A stretch of DNA of 64,000 nucleotides. Source: an uncultured delta proteobacterium (GTDB lineage Bacteria; Desulfobacterota; Syntrophia; Syntrophales; Smithellaceae). Positions 62,537 through 64,000 of the stretch are shown piece by piece; the first letter of the stretch is position 1, and every line of letters begins with the position of its first letter. The position numbers and the translations under genes are program-made. Below the pieces are notes generated by a model. It was not told where the DNA came from, made no database searches, and was given only the letters and a program-made list of their open reading frames with translations. Location: assembly GCA_963753975.1 (NCBI GenBank), contig CAVWEH010000004.1, positions 288,001-352,000 of the forward strand, in the 5' to 3' direction.

Positions 62537-63421
62537 TCATTGACCCAGAATTTTCTGCATCCACTTCCAGATCGCCCCGAAGGTCTCATCCCTGTTCACT
62601 TCGTTGAAGTTCTCATGATAGTTCTTTTCATGGACGATTAATGTCAGGAGCTTTAACGGAATCGAATACAAGGCTATCTTGCTACACTGAGGGTCGGCAA
62701 GTTGATCTTCGCCGGCCAGGACGGCAAACAGCGGGAAACGTTCCCACGTCTTCATGTTTTTAATCACCCACGTCTGGGTCTTTTCGCTCTCCACGCCCAG
62801 TTTTGCCGAAGCCGTTGTCCCCCGCAAGCCGATCGCCTCGTCATAATGGTGACGGGCGGTAATCTTCTCGTCATGGGTTAGCACATCCGTAAGGGCCGGG
62901 GGTCTGACGGCGAAGGTTGGATGGATCGCCGCTATTAACTTGGCGATCTTTTTCATGATGGCCGGGATCTTGACCCTGTTTTCCAGCCAGGGAGAGGAAA
63001 CGATGAATCCTTTGATATCGGTCTTTTTCGCCAGGGTCAGGGCGTACTTCAGGGCGATGAGTGCACCATTGGAATGGCCAATGATAAAGATCGGGGCTTG
63101 CGGATGGCGCTCTTTCACCCAGGAATAGAATTTGTGTATATCATTGACGTATTCGTCGTAGGAATTGATATGGAAAAAAACCTTCCCCTTCTCATTGTAT
63201 TTCGGATAGGTTCCATGCCAACGCAGATCCGGGGCATAGGTCGCAACACCCTTCTCCCTGAAATACAGGGCCGGCGTAACCCAATCGCCGCCATGAGCCA
63301 TACCGCCATGGATACCGATCATCACAGCCTTGACCTCCCCGTCGGGCAACCATTCGTAGACGAGGAGTTTTGTCTTTGCATCAGCTGGAAATAATTCTGT
63401 CTTTGTTTCGGAAAAATTCAT
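62537..63421 (-). CDS. Alpha/beta hydrolase (lysophospholipase-like)
   Basis: IHGG, DLRWHG, GHSNG, GED, YHE. Confidence 0.9.
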   Translation of the reverse strand: MNFSETKTELFPADAKTKLLVYEWLPDGEVKAVMIGIHGGMAHGGDWVTPALYFREKGVATYAPDLRWHGTYPKYNEKGKVFFHINSYDEYVNDIHKFYSWVKERHPQAPIFIIGHSNGALIALKYALTLAKKTDIKGFIVSSPWLENRVKIPAIMKKIAKLIAAIHPTFAVRPPALTDVLTHDEKITARHHYDEAIGLRGTTASAKLGVESEKTQTWVIKNMKTWERFPLFAVLAGEDQLADPQCSKIALYSIPLKLLTLIVHEKNYHENFNEVNRDETFGAIWKWMQKILGQ

Positions 63422-63633
63422 AAATCCTCCTTTATGTTTTTTCGACCATCAGCATTTTATAATCTAGTGTTCAGATAGGCGAAAGTGATGAATATGTCAA
63501 TATCCGATTGTTTTTTGTCAAATTATCTCACGTCCGGAAATGATTTGGGAAGTCTCGATATTTCTCAGATTAAAACCACCGGAAAGCTAGGAAAGGTGAG
63601 GTTCGCGTTGTTCTTTAGTGGTAATTGTCAAGA

Positions 63634-63768
63634 ATCACGGGTCTAAACCCCCAAAGCAAGCTGCGGCGGTATTATACCCTCCGCTTCGCGGGATTGTTCA
63701 ACTTACCAATTCCGACGTGCTGCGCCCTGCATCCGCCGGGCTTTGCTCTCGGAATTGGAGTTTCACGA
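63634..63768 (+). repeat. Modular hairpin repeat, locus F (interrupted head-H3)
   Basis: GGTATTATACCCTCCGCTTCGCGGGAT joined directly to TTCAACTTACCAATTCCGA...TCGGAATTGGAGTTTCACG. Confidence 0.88.
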
Positions 63769-63792
63769 AAAAGATTTGATCCCAGTGACCCC

Positions 63793-63872
63793 ACATAAAT
63801 CACCGACGGCAAAAAGCAGAGCGCAGAACGAGCGGCGCTTTTTGCCGTCCGAATGCATTTGCTTTGTTATGC
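63793..63872 (-). mobile_element. Integron attC-like site (R' end degenerate)
   Basis: Minus strand GCATAAC-N5-AAATGCAT...GACGGCAAAAAGC...GCTTTTTGCCGTC-GGTGATTT with extrahelical bases; upstream ORF stop lies in GCATAAC. Confidence 0.75.
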
Positions 63873-64000
63873 ATTTTCTCTAGCCTGCTGAAATTCCTCA
63901 ATTGTAGGCGGAACAACTTTGAACCAAGGGAAATCGAAGACATCTTCTCTTCTTTGATGATAATCCTCTAAAGCTTCTGCAGAAAATCCTTCTCCCGGAA
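63867..64000 (-). CDS. 3' end of hypothetical cassette-like ORF (...PGEGFSAEALEDYHQRREDVFDFPWFKVVPPTIEEFQQARENA*)
   Basis: Frame open from window edge to TAA at 63867-63869 inside the attC R'' box. Confidence 0.65.
   Translation of the reverse strand, partial: PGEGFSAEALEDYHQRREDVFDFPWFKVVPPTIEEFQQARENA

Overview
Bacterial chromosomal window, mostly housekeeping. Gene content (selC, PilT/PilU, ricT-holB-tmk, IspH-UbiA fusion, ADP-forming acyl-CoA ligase) suggests an anaerobic Deltaproteobacterium, possibly Syntrophales; that assignment is inference. Core genes include uvrA, mfd, metG, holB, tmk, ispH, dxs, ispA, xseAB, asd, ribF, moeA, polX, mgtA and ettA, plus four tRNAs (Glu, Sec, Ala, Leu). 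Beyond the ORF track I find: two UGA-readthrough selenoprotein candidates with SECIS-like hairpins (an exported HMA-like CxxU protein and a HesB-like protein); a 2[4Fe-4S] ferredoxin; a 28-aa membrane peptide; and an integron attC-like site at the right edge. The most unusual signal is a dispersed family of modular intergenic repeats at six loci. They are built from interchangeable hairpin cassettes with compensatory base changes, and they host an 18-21 nt micro-insert that also inserts into itself; one locus is amplified as a 94-bp tandem array. No transposase, integrase or cas gene is visible. Single-base indels in several genes are probably assembly errors.
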